Positions 1-14,038 are shown, counted from the stretch's first letter. The stretch is 64,000 bases of DNA from Octopus sinensis (GCF_006345805.1 NC_043000.1:53072001-53136000), one strand, 5' to 3'. The notes: generated by a model from the letters alone, not told the origin. Made by a program: numbers and translations.

Positions 1-660
1 GCTGTGATAATATGTTGAGTTCGCGATTCGTTTCTGCTCAAAAGAACTTCTACCAGAACCACCAGCACACTACGTTTGCCTACAATCCATGTGATGTACG
101 ATGAATCATAAGAACCAAGTTCCCTGAAACTGTAATGGACTTTGACTATACCCACAATAGTGACGGCTATACGAAGACAGCTATGCGAAGCTGTTGAAGA
201 TTATGGTCAAACAGAGGCTGGAAGATGTGGCAATACATGTACCAGCAGGAATCGGCTCCTTGCCATACCACTGGAAAGAGTCAGAAATAGGTTATCGGAG
301 AATGTTTACGACTTCACCAGGCACAATTTCTGGTCTCTTAATTTCCCATTTGTACTCCCATGGTTTAATATGTATCAGGTGCTGTTGAGACAGCAACCGC
401 ATTACCTTCAATACCGAAGCTGAATTGTAGGTCAACGTCAGGGAGTTGTTTGAAGATCCTCCCAGCGCAACAGTATTGAACACATGCACCAGATTCCTGA
501 GCCGTATTGAGGCTTTGCGAAAAGCTGACGGTGACTACTGGGGTAATCACAGCCATAATTTTTTTAATTTTTGGATTTTTTAAAATATTCATAATTTTGG
601 ATGGGATATTGCATTTAATTTTCCTTTTATTCAGACTACCAAATTTAGCCCGAACGGCCT
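1..660 (+). mobile_element. Decayed Tc1/mariner-superfamily (maT/DD37D-like) transposon, 3' part, cut by the window start
   Basis: Stitching frames gives YQQESAPCHT-GKSQK*LSENVYDFT..NFW...EL*VNVRELFEDPPSATVLNTCTRFLSRIEALRKADGDYWG*, a typical DDD transposase C-terminus with stops and frameshifts. It resembles the element at 13159-14038. Confidence 0.7.
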
Positions 661-764
661 TTACATATATACAGGTACACATGATTTTGTTTGTGTATCT
701 TTATATAGTACAATTTAAAATTTAAATTATGCGTCAGATAATCAGTTTGAGAACTTCGTGTGTA

Positions 765-980
765 CGAGGAAGTTTTGAAAATTTCCAGGCTTTAAGTGTA
801 TCGTTAAAGGTTTTGTTGAAGGCCCAACATTTCGAGTTCTTATACAGCGCTTAGAAAACTGAAGGGCTGCTGCAATAACAGTGTGAATCTGAGAGGGTAT
901 TATGTTGAATAAAATCGTAATTAACTGATCCGCCTGTACTTTCTTTTAATGAAAGCTAGAAACTTTTCAGTACCACTTCA
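765..980. mobile_element. Short mariner-derived MITE
   Basis: TA-cgaggaagttttgaaaatttccaggcttt at the left end and aaagctagaaacttttcagtaccacttca at the right end form degenerate TIRs. The internal gaatctgagagggtattatgttgaataa resembles a mariner ORF end. Confidence 0.55.
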
Positions 981-1671
981 TGAACATGTATTGCTCCAGT
1001 GTAGACTGCCTGTTATTACTTTCGAACCCATATTTAAGTATGAGACAAGCTGAGTTCATATAAAAATATAATACAAAGCAAAGTATCTGATGCATTCTTT
1101 ATAATTCTTTACCGATATTTCCTTTTGTGCTACTGAATGGATATTTGGTGTTTCTTGCAGAGGAGTGATTACATAGAAGCCCGATTATAACTCCATTAAC
1201 GCCCTGTTTCCGAGTAACAAATCTTTATGCGGTATTAATATCACTACTATTTGAATGTATAAGATTTCAAGTCTCTAAACAATGGCTACTGCACCGAGAG
1301 CTACAGTCTATATTCCTGAAATATGTGAAACAGTAATTTTTGCCAGTGTCGAAAGATTGGATTCGTTAATAGCATTCAGTAGGTTGTAAATTTTTGTTAT
1401 TTCACTATATGATGCATTTATTGGTTGCAAAATGATTTGTAGTATTACTACGTAATACTAAATTATTTAACATGTAACTTATCCTGAGTTTTTATTAAGC
1501 AACATATCAAAATAGGGTACGATTCGTCGTGTGACGGATAATTTTGGAAGAATATTGTTGCCACAATGGGTAATATCAGGAAATATGTTAGATATGCAAT
1601 CGTAATGTAACTTTTATCAAATGTCTTGGTACTTATCCAAAATGATGAGTAATAATTTCCCAAAGAATAAT

Positions 1672-1860
1672 ATACTCACAGATACTGAAAAGTTTCTGGC
1701 GTTAAGGATATCGCAAAAGGCTCTTCGAGTTCGCTTTCATACACTGCAGTATGTGTATGAATCTGAGCGGGGAATATGTTGAACAAAATTATAATCAACT
1801 GATCCTCGTGCATTTTTTTTTACACAGAGCCAGGAATATTTCAATTCCCCATCGCATATT
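1672..1860. mobile_element. Second, more decayed copy of the same mariner MITE
   Basis: Shares ctgaaaagtttctggc, gaatctgagcggggaatatgttgaa..aattataatcaactgatcc and agccaggaatatttca with 765-980. Confidence 0.5.
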
Positions 1861-3089
1861 ACTCTGAAATTTAATCGTCTCTCCTACATTACCCCCACCC
1901 CCTGTTTATTTTACCTCACTCTATGTGTGTAGCATTATTTTACTCCTTGCTTGGCACCGTGCATATTATGTACATTAATTTTATGTTAATTCTCTCTTTA
2001 TCTTTCTTTTCGCGTCTCTCTCTATCTTACTCTATACAATGCCATGTGTGAGTGGAAAATTAGCCATCTATTCTCCCGACAATTATATCGCTTAATATTA
2101 AATGGATTAATATTAAAGAGAAACATACTTTTTCCTCACATGTTTTGTTAAGAAATTGATAGTGTATTGTGTGAATTGTGCACTGCACCTATCCTGCTTA
2201 TTGTATTTGACTACTTAGTGAAATTCTCAGCCCTCATATACGCTTCAGGTTTTATTTTGATTTCACTTCCTCATTAAAGGGTATAAATAACAGACCTGAT
2301 AGAGATTTAGATAAAACTGCTGTGTGGCATTTGCTTCTCCGCCGATTATGTTCATGTTGATTTTGCTTTTATATATATATATACATATTTTGATGTTTGA
2401 TAAACAAGAACTAAAAAATATGATTACATAAAAATGGAAAAAGATGTAATAAAATATGATTGAAAGCATGATCCTCTAAAACTAGATTTCAATGACTTGA
2501 ATCAGTGTTCTTCTGCCCTTGCGTAAAATCTATTTTAGTACAGTATTCGCTCGTTTATTCCCATTGATATGATTGAAATGTTGTTCTGAAACTATACACA
2601 ATATTGTATAATGCGGAGTTATATCAGTTGAAAGACGATGACAGCAAGAGGATTTTAAACTCCGAAAGCACAGAAGCACACTAATACCACTATAAATCGC
2701 ATCCAACGCTCTATCATTCTACAAATCCACCGGCTTGAACCTGGAAAATTATTGATCGACTCTGAAGATATATGAAACATAGAGAGCCACAAGAAATAGC
2801 ATGCAGAATTGTATCCGACATTAACGAGGGTTTAAATCAGTAAAATCATATAATAAAATAATACGTAATATACCTATTATTATCGATACTCTTTTTTCAG
2901 TTTCCATATTGCATATATCTTTTATTTCCATTGTGTTGACTAAGGTGATTTTCCTTTTGAGCTGATGATAGCTTACGCGATGATATTTTTGCTAGGTGAG
3001 AGCGTGTTGTTTATTAAGAAAAATGTAAATATACTGAATATATTTGACTATATGTACGTCACTGTTACTATAATTGATTATATAATCAT

Positions 3090-3281
3090 TAAATCTATTT
3101 ATCTATCTATCTACTCATCTATCTCTGTATGTCTGTCTGTCTGTCTCTCTCTAAATATATATATACATATATAACTACCTATCTCTGTCTGTCTGTTTGT
3201 CTACCTGCCTGTCTATCTATCTATGTATCTATCTATCTATCGGTATATCTAACAATTTATCTATATGTGTACGCACGCATA

Positions 3282-3335
<54 letters not shown>

Positions 3336-3340
3336 TATGT
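3090..3340. repeat. Compound (TCTA)/(TCTG)/(CA)n microsatellite
   Basis: Direct reading. Confidence 0.9.
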
Positions 3341-3838
3341 AGATGGATAGATACCACAACAAATACCTTGAAATATTTGTTTACTTCGTTGAACGACTAA
3401 GTGATAATTTCTTCCAGCCTTGCATCTTACTTCAAAATTTCCATTATCATTACTGGTGGCAGAATCTGTAGACAGTTGGACAAAATAACCGTGGGATAAT
3501 TTGGATTATACACTATGTTTAAATTTTTCAAAGCAGAAAAATTCATTAATTTTCAAATGATATGTTTATAGTGAGCACTATATACAAAAGGTATCGCCAA
3601 GATTAAAATCGAAGTAAATACAAGCAATTTAATTAGACATTAACAAAGTAGAAATTCAATATCTTATATTGGAACAAAGACGAATGAAATATTCAATCGG
3701 TAACATATATTCATTAATACTAGATGAAAGAGAATTTATAAAAGGACGCTATATGTGGAACTAATTAATACGATGTTTCTAAATCTGCAAGTTGTTTAAT
3801 ACAACAAAAAATAGCTCCTGAAAATATATATATGCATG

Positions 3839-3840
<2 letters not shown>

Positions 3841-3903
<63 letters not shown>
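3841..3903. repeat. (TA)n microsatellite
   Basis: Direct reading. Confidence 0.95.
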
Positions 3904-3906
<3 letters not shown>

Positions 3907-6239
3907 TGGAGGGAGATAGTGAGAGAGGTGGGGGAGATTGTATTTAGTCGTTCCAAATAAATTAAGACAGAAATAACATTTTAATTTACGGAAAGACTTA
4001 TTTCCTGTAAAGTTTATTTATATTCTGGTAGAATCTATGAGAAATACAACAATGAGAAATTCAACAATGAAAAGTTGTAAGCCAATTACCAAATTTATAT
4101 CTTTTGAGCATTTATGTATTTCGGTAAATTATCAATTAACATCTATATTGTTTTATTGAAACGACAATGTTAAGGTTCCTTCATTCTTTCGGATGTACCA
4201 GGTATAAAGAGTAAATATATTGGTGCAAATATAATGCTGTATCAGATAACCGACAAGTATTTTAACATTTCTGAATACCTAATAGGCAAAATATTATTTT
4301 GATCACATCGTTATTCAAGATATATTCAAATGGCTCTTTTCCCGTTAAGTTATGGTGTTGAAAGAATCCATGGTAATGTAGAGTATATTTGATTTAGTAA
4401 ATCACAAAGGCGCTGATTTGGTGCAATCTCTAAACTGGTGTTCGAAATATACTACGATACTTCGTTATGCTCTAAGTTCAATTTCTGCCGGAGTCAAAAT
4501 GTCTTTACATTATTCTGGGAGTGTGAGTACTAGAATAATATAATCGATTGTCAAACAATATGTAAATCTTGCTTTAGCTTTGCTTCGGATGGAAGATTTT
4601 TCTATAGATTTACAATAGGGGCCCTGTTCTTATCAATGAAGCGACTCAGAGTGACAGTGAGTAGGAATGGAGAAATAAAAATATTATCAGCAACGAAACG
4701 ATTATATCGATATCAATATTTGATTGGTACGTTATCGAACACGGAACTATGATAGGCAAAAACACTTACAGTGGGTTCGGAACGCAGACGTCTCGAACAA
4801 TTAAGTCAAGCTATCCGATGCGTTTACTATGCCACCAGTTCACCACTATAGAAAACATATTGCTCTTAAATTGTGACATATAAAAGAACGATAAGATATA
4901 CGGTATTTAGCACAGACAGCTTTCATTCAGAGTTAAAACGTCACTAGTTCTGATTTACATATTGTTTCTAAAATATGTACTATAAACGCAGAAGATTTAA
5001 TTAAATTAATCATGCACCCCGATAAAATTATTTGGCATCTTGTACCATAGTTTGAATTCAATAACGGTGAAATATGTTTGTAGTACCTTGCAGGATTATT
5101 ATATTCCATTAGACTGTTTATTCTCTTATAGTTCTTAGTGCAACTTTCCCTTCATACCTTTGAATTTTCTATTGAACTCCACAAAATGAATAACATCACT
5201 ATAATGGAATTTATTCATTTCATCCCGACAAAAAATTCTTAATCTACAGAATATTACAATAAATATTCTTACATAAACCCGAAAGAAAAGTTCAAATCAA
5301 GAAATTTTATAGAGTAATCGATGAAATCTATTTGCATCGTAAAAAATTGAAATTTCAAAATCCCTGTTATTTTTCTAATATTTGATAGTCAAATGTAAAT
5401 GCAATAGTTTCGAAGCTTTCTTTGAATGGTGAGTCTGTATAAGAATGTATGTATAAATTGTACATTATATAAATACAAATACAGTATTATATTGTCATAT
5501 CAGTGTAGGTTGTTTTACAAAAGTAATCCCCAACCTATATCATTATTACCTGTTGTTATTAATCAATAACTGTCAGCAACGATTTTTTTTTACATATTTA
5601 CATGATATGGGTCCTCATGAAATATCACTCCTTTCTGGTATTCTGCTGTATTTATTTATACCACAGTTTATTAGATAATATGCACATAAAGGTCACCCGT
5701 CTGATCAAATGTTTCAAAAGCAAAGGATTTTGTCCACGAGGTTGATACGAGATTATGCAAATATCTAATTTCACAATGGACACATGCAGGAATGCTTAAC
5801 ATATGACATCTAATCTCCATTTGTGCGCAATATACACATACTTTTCTGTTGAAACTACTATAATGATAAATTGATTTTATATTAACCAAATTTAAATAAT
5901 AACGACGTAATTATATTGTACACCATAATTTCGCACGAGACCTGGTCATTATGACCTGGTTTATTACACCAATATTACAATGGTTTGTATTGGTCCCACC
6001 AATAAATAAAATATTTGATAGTATCATAAGTAAATTATGATTAGTAGATTTTTAAGTTAACTACATTCACAAAGCAAACTGGTAACCTTTTGTTATTTTT
6101 TACTGACAACTTGATTCTAAATCGATATATTTTCTCAAAGAATTAAGTGATCATCATGAAAAGTATAGCCATAATACACATAATATAATGAATTTTGAAA
6201 AGGTGAAATTAACATGAAAAAGGCATTGCACCATACTAA

Positions 6240-6720
6240 AACAGGAGGTGCTCTGAAGTTTTGCAAACTATTCTAAATCTATTGCAAATCTGGAAACACT
6301 TCTGCATCGTTAGCATGTATCTCAGGATCACAATTGTCTCGCCTCTCAGCATGAACGCTTCACCTGAGAGAGGCAGTGAAGCCTGAGCTAATTTTTACCA
6401 ACAAAATCGTTCCACTTGCGGTCTCTTATCGGCCATAGACATCTTGAACTAGCGTCAGTTCCCCTAACTTTGATGGCTTTCTTTGGCTTTCTTTGGCTCG
6501 GAATCTCAAAAGCCTGAATGCTAAAGTTGTCATTTGTCAGCTTTCCTTTAAGGATATTCAGGAACCAAGATTTTGTTGGGTTGAACTTCAATCGTGACAA
6601 TGTAAACTTCTTTTCCTGCGAGATCAATGTCCGTCATTTCCCCTTTGATTGATGATGTCATAAATGTTACGTCGTCTATGAACATCCTCTGTTTCTGTCA
6701 GTTTCTGGATCCTCAATGGC
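6240..6720 (-). mobile_element. Hero/NeSL-like RLE non-LTR retrotransposon RT fragment (decayed)
   Basis: Minus strand reads RMFIDDVTFMT (RT motif C), then after a frameshift LSRLKFNPTKSWFLNILKGK...IQAFEIP...KAIKVRG. This matches the FMDD...WARMKFKPxKSRSLxxKKGK pattern of Hero-clade RTs. Confidence 0.6.
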
Positions 6721-6864
6721 TGCTTACTTCATTGGGTACGTTGGATGGAATAGAAATGTATATTTATTGCATCAAACTTTGACAGTTCTAGCTCACTTTA
6801 GTTTTTGGCTGAACTATTCAGACAGTGGTGAATAGGGCAAAACTCAGCATCAGTTATCAAATAC

Positions 6865-6970
6865 TAGTCTCAAATTTTGGCTTAAGGCCGACAATATCTG
6901 AAGAGGGTATAAGTCAATGTAATCGACCTAAGGGGTCAACTAGAGCTTATTTTATCGACCCCGAAGGATG
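6865..6970 (-). mobile_element. SINE family A fragment (abundant cephalopod-type SINE)
   Basis: caaattttggc..aaggcc...gtcaatgtaatcgacc...cttattttatcgaccccgaaggatg is the reverse complement of the core seen at 8340-8527 and 11290-11462. Confidence 0.6.
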
Positions 6971-8339
6971 GCTACTCGATTATCAAATATTGTTAAAATA
7001 AACACATTTATATTCATATATACGCTCGCAGACACACAGTAACACATACGCAATCAAATGTGTGTGTGTGTGTGTGTCTGTGTCTGTGTGTGCGTGAGAG
7101 ACTGTGTGTGTGCTTGTGTGTGTCTGTGTGTGCTGATGTAGAAAAACATTGCAGATGGTAGAATCATTTAAAGCAAATAGTTCCGCTTGGTATTCAGTAT
7201 TTAGCAGAAAACGCGAGTTGTAGATTTAGCGAATTGCCCCGAAATTTGGGCGATATCTTAACCAAACTGAAAATAAGAAAATACAGAAGAACAATAGAAG
7301 AAAGTGAACATATTTTTTTTTAGATTACACAGAAGTCATGGTGGATACTGTAGGAATGTGTGTCACAGTGTAGGATTGACTGATAGAACAAAATGTAATA
7401 GGGGCTTCATTGTGTCATACACCTTACGCGGACACTCTACAATCCGACAAAAAACACCATTTGCTTGCCTCGTTGGTGCAAGAATGATTTATTTTCCTGA
7501 TCTTGAAAAAGAATCAATAAAACACCTCCTCAGAATCTTCCTCAAACACACTCAGTACGATAATTAAAGTTCATCTCATTGATTGTAGTGAAGTAAATGA
7601 AAGACTAGTTAGAGTGTTTTGTATAAAAAAAGAAAACAGTCACGCAATTAATCTAATGCACCATATTATATTAATTCCAATGTATTTTCCTAATCCTATA
7701 TTCTTTATGACATCCATGACATTATTTCTTCGCGTGTTTTGAAAAAATTTCATAGTCTAAAAATAATAACGTGACAGTATATCAATTGAGAAGCATTATT
7801 GCTTCTATCAGTTAATTTGTTCTATTCTGACAGGCAAGAAGAGATATATTTACTTTTCTATTTATTGATCGGATCTAATCGGAAGAAATACCATTTCGAG
7901 TTCCTGCTATTCTATTCTCGTTCAATGTCACATTTTAAATTTCAGCGAGAGGATACATAAATGGACCCTGGGCAATATATCACTGTTAAATTCAATTCAT
8001 TTCTTTCTACTATGTGACACAGTTATAATTTTCACAGAAGAGTAATTAATTAGGCATTGTGGGTCCGCAACAAGTGAAATAGAAAGGATTGGAAGTTTGA
8101 CAATTGTTTTATATCATAAATTAAGTAGAAGCATTTGACATGTAATGATATTATTTTAAGGTGATTCATTGTATGTATGTTTATATATATATATATATAT
8201 GTATAATAGTGTGTTTGTGAGTGTGTGTGAGTGTGATGTAGTAGTGTATCCGTGCTGATAAATGCTTTTATGCACTGCAATACTACGGATATAAGAAAAG
8301 TAAAGCTTAATACCTTGGGTAAAATGAATATTTAATATA

Positions 8340-8527
8340 AAACCAGGCCGGATTAATGATCAGACATTTCGTCCATCTATGTTCTGAGCTCAAATTCAGC
8401 CGATGTCGACTTTGCCTTTCATCCTTTCAGCGTATGTTAAATAAGTACCGATTGAACTCCCCGGTCTACGTAATCACCTTACACCCTATTCGAAAGTGCT
8501 GGCCTTGTGCCCAAATTTAACATCAAT
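8340..8527 (+). mobile_element. SINE family A copy
   Basis: gttctgagctcaaattcagccgatgtcgactttgcctttcatccttt...aaataagtacc...gctggccttgtgcccaaattt; recurs at least 6 times in the window. Confidence 0.65.
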
Positions 8528-8802
8528 ATGTGTGTATGCTTGTTCATGCGTGTGTTTGCGTATGTGTACGTGTCTATATATGTATACATGTATGTATGTA
8601 TGTCATTATTCAGTTTTTTTTCAAGATTTCTTGCCAATAGAAAAAGAGCCGATATCTAACTTTCATTGGAATTTCAATATTAGCTACAAGGTATGTTTGT
8701 TTGTATGTATGTATGAATATATATGTGCAGATTTTATGCTTTGTTTTAGACATGTATCCTCATGCATATATTTGCATATATAGATATGCTCATATATGTA
8801 TA

Positions 8803-9695
8803 TAAATGACAAACTTCTGGTACGTTTTACAGAATTTTTACGTCCTAGGGATGGATTCTAGTGATTGACCTCTAGTCTTCGAATACACTTTCTCCTTTCT
8901 GGTTTGAGAAGACTAATTTCTCAAGATTGGTATTTAGGCTGTGTGTTACATATCCCAAGGCCCCAATAATTACAGGTATAAACATGAACTTCTAGACTGG
9001 ATAGAACAACTGCAAATTTCTCAATAGTTCAGAGTAGGTATTCTGTTTTTCACTGATCTTCAGCTTTATGTCAACATCTGCTGGGTATCACGGTTTCACT
9101 TCTCTATCCCAAATACTTATATCAGTTCTGATGTATTGACTATTTACTGAGGTCTTCACTGGGACATTCCCTTGTACTCCTTTTTATTATGAGTGACTGT
9201 GGCTTCTACCATACTGTGGGTTCTTATTTCTTTGTCCTTGGGGTTACCATTCCGACGAATTTCATTATAGAGTGTCCTAACTATGACATCATGTATCATC
9301 GGTAGATAATACCGTGATGACATTTTCGAACAACTCCTTACGATCTGGGTGATATCTTCAGTGTTAACTCCACAAAATCTGCATCGGTTGTCACATTTTA
9401 CTGTTTTTCTTGCTTCTCTATCCCTTTTATGCCTCAGGTATTTGGTTGATATTTCAAGCTCATAGGTTGTAAACGCGTACTCTTCAAAGTGGGAGGTACT
9501 GATCCGGCTATTGTTCTATAATTGACTGCTTTGGTGTTCAAAGTAACTATCATCTCGGAGCATTCTACTGACATATCCATGTATAGTATTATTTTCATAT
9601 TATACATCGCAGTAGAGTCGTGCGACTTCTTTGGGCATGTATTTTTGATTATCAGACAGGGAAGGTTGCTCAAGGAGCTGTCTTCCAAGCCTTAT
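8803..9695 (-). mobile_element. 5'-truncated RLE-type (R4/Dong/NeSL-like) LINE 3' end, decayed
   Basis: Minus strand encodes FIPVIIGALGYVTH (~8935-8985), and a degenerate ORF end near 8803-8860. Flanked by TA/TG/TATG microsatellites. Confidence 0.65.
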
Positions 9696-9697
9696 GA

Positions 9698-9750
9698 TGT
9701 GTGTGTATGTATATGTATATATATGTGTGTGTATATACATATATATATAT

Positions 9751-9810
<60 letters not shown>

Positions 9811-9865
9811 CGTGTGAGTGTGTGCGTGTGTGTGTGTGCGTGTGTGTGTATACATATACACATAT
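9698..9865. repeat. (TA)n/(TG)n compound microsatellite
   Basis: Direct reading. Confidence 0.9.
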
Positions 9866-10660
9866 ATGCCCTATGTGCATTTAAACACATGCATATACGT
9901 AAATATCTATATGATCTCACCAATGGCAGAACGGAATATATGACAGAATATAAGTCTGCATGCGTGTGTATGTGTATGTATGAATATATGTATAAGTGCG
10001 GAACTTAAATTCATTGTAAATTCAATTTTTCACTGGGATATTGACTTCAGGACATATTTTACTTTTCGTCGTGGGGAAACATGTTGTGTTTAATGTTTTA
10101 CTTTATTTCATTTTTTTTAATGTTTATATAAACAGAAAAGGAACGAATTCATTTTAAGGAAATTGTGCTCATATGTTACATGACGTTGTTTTGGGGAGCT
10201 GTATGCAAAAAAACAAAACAAAACATTTTTATAATATAGGATTAAAGGACCGCTAAATAATATTGGTGAAATGAAGGTAAATAGATAAGTAAATAGAATA
10301 AAGTGAAAGCACCTTGATGACCAAGGAAGGAACGGTTTAGTTACATTCTGTAATCGCTAGTGTATTGTATCTAAAAGCTTTATCGATGCCAGTGTGAATG
10401 ATGCGAATTTCAATTTGTGTTATCATTAATTGTAAATTGTGTCCGATATTCTTTTAGTTATGGGCATGTTTCCAACGCTATGTATATTGGTATGACACTA
10501 TTATCTTTCTGTGTGAGTGCGTATGTCTGTTTTCTTGGCGTGTGAATTATATCCATGGAGTAGTATAGAGATAATGCCTAATCATAAGCCAATGAGTATT
10601 TAAGTACAAAATATCTCAAATTCCCTATTTTATACTCTAAAAACTTTTATCAAATACGAA

Positions 10661-11072
10661 GGATCTTTTTGGTTTGAACAGCAGTTTTTAACATAATTTC
10701 TAGGTAACTAAAAAAATTTAAACTTCGTATACTGGTAGAATGTGTTAATAAAACATCTTTTTGTCTAGGCTTTATTGAGAAAATTCTATAGTTTGTAAGA
10801 TATTTGTTGTTGATTTTCTTCAATTTCTGCAATTTCAACCAATCAGTGACGTCTAATGAGTTAAAAAGCATTCTGTGCCGTATGAATATGTCCCTCGTTT
10901 AAGAAATAGATTGGGTTTATCTACATTTGTGAAGAAAAAAACCCTTCCTCCACCCCTGACCCTAACCCTAAAATAGATTGAAATGCAATACATCGATACT
11001 AGGGTCATAATTGTGGGTGACAATTTCATATGACACCGCTAGAAAAAACTGCCGTTCAAACCGAAAAGATCC
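10661..11072. mobile_element. Non-autonomous DNA transposon (MITE) with ~29-bp TIRs and 8-bp TSD; Merlin-like or hAT
   Basis: TIRs are ggatctttttggtttgaacagcagttttt and aaaaactgccgttcaaaccgaaaagatcc. Flanks aatacgaa (10653-10660) and aatatgaa (11073-11080) form an 8-bp TSD with one CpG-type change. A second copy lies at 30874-31306. Confidence 0.85.
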
Positions 11073-11289
11073 AATATGAACGTGTATAATTTGTGTACTT
11101 TCTTTCAGAATTACATTACGTATGTACGTGTATATTGTTTATTCGTATATGCACGTTTATGAATTTGTGCATCAGAACATGTTCTTACCTACACAGAATA
11201 TGAGAACAAGCCGTTTGAATTTCCAATTATTGTTCTAATTTCCTAATGTCTTCCTGTTTCCTAATCCTTGACTTCGAATTTTTAATATG

Positions 11290-11462
11290 TCATCTGATGC
11301 AACCGCCCTTACATTCTGACTTCAAATTCCGCTGAGGTTGGCTTTGCAATTTCATGTTTTCAGGGTCGATAAAATAAGTACCAGTTAAACATTGGAGGCG
11401 ATGTAATCGATTTATCCCCTCTCTCGATTTTGCTAGCCTTATGCCAAAGTTTGAAACCAATA
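11290..11462 (+). mobile_element. SINE family A copy
   Basis: ttcaaattccgctgaggttggctttgc...ggtcgataaaataagtaccagtt...gatgtaatcga...gctagccttatgccaaagtttgaaacc. Confidence 0.65.
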
Positions 11463-11757
11463 TATGATACTATTAAAAACAAATAATATTTTATAAAAGT
11501 AACTTAATGTAACAAATATAAAAATATTTAACCTGCCCGACTAAAAGAAGGAAAAGTAAAAAAAAACAAACTTTAAACATACTGCCGTGCCGTTTCCACT
11601 TCTTTGTAACCTATAACATTTTGATTTGTATTGAGTCTTAAATCCCTTTTCAACACAGTGTGTGTGTGCGCTTACGTGTACGTAATATGCATATATACAT
11701 ACATGCATATATATATATAGAGAGAGCGAGATATATACAATATATAAAAACGCGTAT

Positions 11758-11800
<43 letters not shown>

Positions 11801-11805
<5 letters not shown>

Positions 11806-11886
11806 ACTTATAGTTTGGGTTGACTTTTTCAGAGCTTTTGTTATACACACAGACACACACACATATACACATACACACACACACAC

Positions 11887-11934
<48 letters not shown>

Positions 11935-12006
11935 ATGTGTGTATGTGTGTGTGTCTGTGTGTATAACAAAAGCTCTGAAAAAGTGAACCCAAACTATAAG
12001 TTATGT
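11801..12006. repeat. Near-perfect fold-back inverted repeat centred on (TA)n
   Basis: 11801-11860 is the reverse complement of ~11947-12006 with one mismatch. The inner CA/TG and TA tracts extend the symmetry. Confidence 0.9.
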
Positions 12007-13158
12007 CTTTGCAAATGTCACTTATTAGCAAGGCGATATTGGGAATGGATGTAGATTTGCTCATCCCGAGTTACATGTGAATGATACCCATTCGGATAGC
12101 CCCAAAGCCAGGGAGAATTTTCTCCGAGGAGGCAAACATTTCCATCAAGATAAGTAAGCATACAAGACCACGTCACATGATATAATGCCTTCCCCTTCGA
12201 AATATGTAGACGGCACACATACAGCTCCTAAGAGTAAACATTATGTAGGTGCAATGAGGAGAGCAGCAATTAAAAAGTGGTCTCTTCGAGAAATGACATG
12301 TTGGATTGTAAGGTTGCTGACAAAAGCAATTCAGTAGTTAAATGTTCAGGTATATCGATACGAACCTAATAATAGAAATGTAATTAAGTGAAGACTTCAG
12401 TATTATTGTCACGATGTATACACATTGGTAAATGAACTTGCAGAATTAAATAAATTTATGTGCACTAACAGCTAAATTCAACCAAAGGGAAACACATTCG
12501 CAACACTTTGATCATCTAGAATTCAATACAGTGCAGTTTTAAGAATGAGATTAGTGAGATTAGACGCTATAACAACAATGGTTAAGCTATATTAATCTTT
12601 GAATGCGAGTGAGTAATAAAAATAATAATAAAGATAACCAATGTTTGCTTTCTAAAATAGGTTGACATCTTTCAAAGGAAAATCGAAAGAAAATTTGCAG
12701 CCAAAAGCACTCACGGTTTCAGTGATTTGACGTGTAAAACTAACTCCGGCAATCGGGAAATGTATGACATATACTCAGGATGGTCCAAGACGGGATATGA
12801 AAGGTACGTTTGAGTGAAAAGTACATGAAAACATCGGCAGTCAAAAAACAACTGACTTTCAAAAGGTAAAGGAGAAAATGTATTTTACATGGGTCAATTT
12901 AAAGAGAATAGTGTCAATTCATCTGAGAGGAAGCAATCATTAATAATAACAAACGCTGTTGGCTCAGGTGCAAAAGTTTATGGAAAGAGGAATTAAAGAG
13001 AGGAGAGGCTTAGTAGAGTAATCGAAGGGAAATTATATTTAAAAATATAAGTGGTATTTTATTTTCTGTTTTGAGTATATGAGCCTGCATTGTCGATGTG
13101 TACAATACTGGAGCGTTCAATAAAATAATTTTCTAAATGTTGTCTCAGGAGTCATATA

Positions 13159-14038
13159 CAGGGTGCGATGGTTAAATTATAGCCATTTTATATTTTTAAT
13201 TTCCCGCATGTGCATTGTTTTTTTTGTTTTTTTTTCGTCGGCTACACAATATAGTAGGGTCCGTTAGATACCGTTTGTTAAAACAACAACCTCATGACGC
13301 AATTAAATCTGCCTGAAATTTTGAAAAGACATGCTGTACTGCTTGGTATTCACGCCGGAAGCTCCGATACAAACAGATGGTGAACATATGGAACTACCGT
13401 TGGCTTGCCGTATCCCCAAACTACGTATCAAGGGTGATAAAGCTCAAACATCTAGTTATCCCCATGGTGTTTGGACTGATCACTAGTGAGAACGACGTTA
13501 TGCCTCCATTCATCTCCCCACACGGTCACAGACGCAACACAGAGGCTTACATCAAGTGCCTGTCGGAGGTAATGCTGCCCTGGGTCAAGATGCTGGCTGC
13601 TGGAAGACACTATGTCTGGTAACAGGACTGCACCATGCCACACAAGCAGGAGAAGACAGGCTTTCAGACAATTTCTGTAAACACATTACCCCTAACATCT
13701 GGGCCCGTAACTCCCGCGACTGCCACCCCCTTGATTAATATATGTGGAGCACAGTTGACCAAGAGTTCAACAAAACTCCTTGTAACACCAAATATGAAGG
13801 CAAGAATCATGAGAGCATTCACCACCTTAAATAAAGAGACCGCCCAGAAGAGTTGCAGGAGATCCCGAAACCATCTGGATGCCGTCGTTGAAGCTAAAGG
13901 CAATTTTATTGAATAAATTTACTCTTTAGTATTTCAAGATATTTTTATGTGATTTTGGTAAATATATCTATTAAAATGATATGTCGGTGTTATTTTCATT
14001 TTCTCTTAATTTTGGTTCACCATATTCACCGCACCCTG
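13159..14038 (+). mobile_element. Internally deleted Tc1/mariner (maT/DD37D-like) transposon
   Basis: Termini are TA-cagggtgcgatgg and tcaccgcaccctg-CA. Transposase remnants: MVFGLITSENDVMPPF, YIKCLSEVMLPWV...YVW*QD, NIWARNSRDCHPLD, CRRSRNHLDAVVEAKGNFIE*. Confidence 0.85.

Noticed and set aside
5671-5889. Cys-containing ORF and a + strand GFCPRG string suggesting EGF
   Set aside because: Too short and interrupted; compatible with chance.
12018-12230. Minus-strand ORF with an acceptor-like site, vaguely resembling an F-type lectin (LDGN..SPWLW)
   Set aside because: Key lectin motif residues are missing, and the + strand CCCH reading explains the region at least as well.
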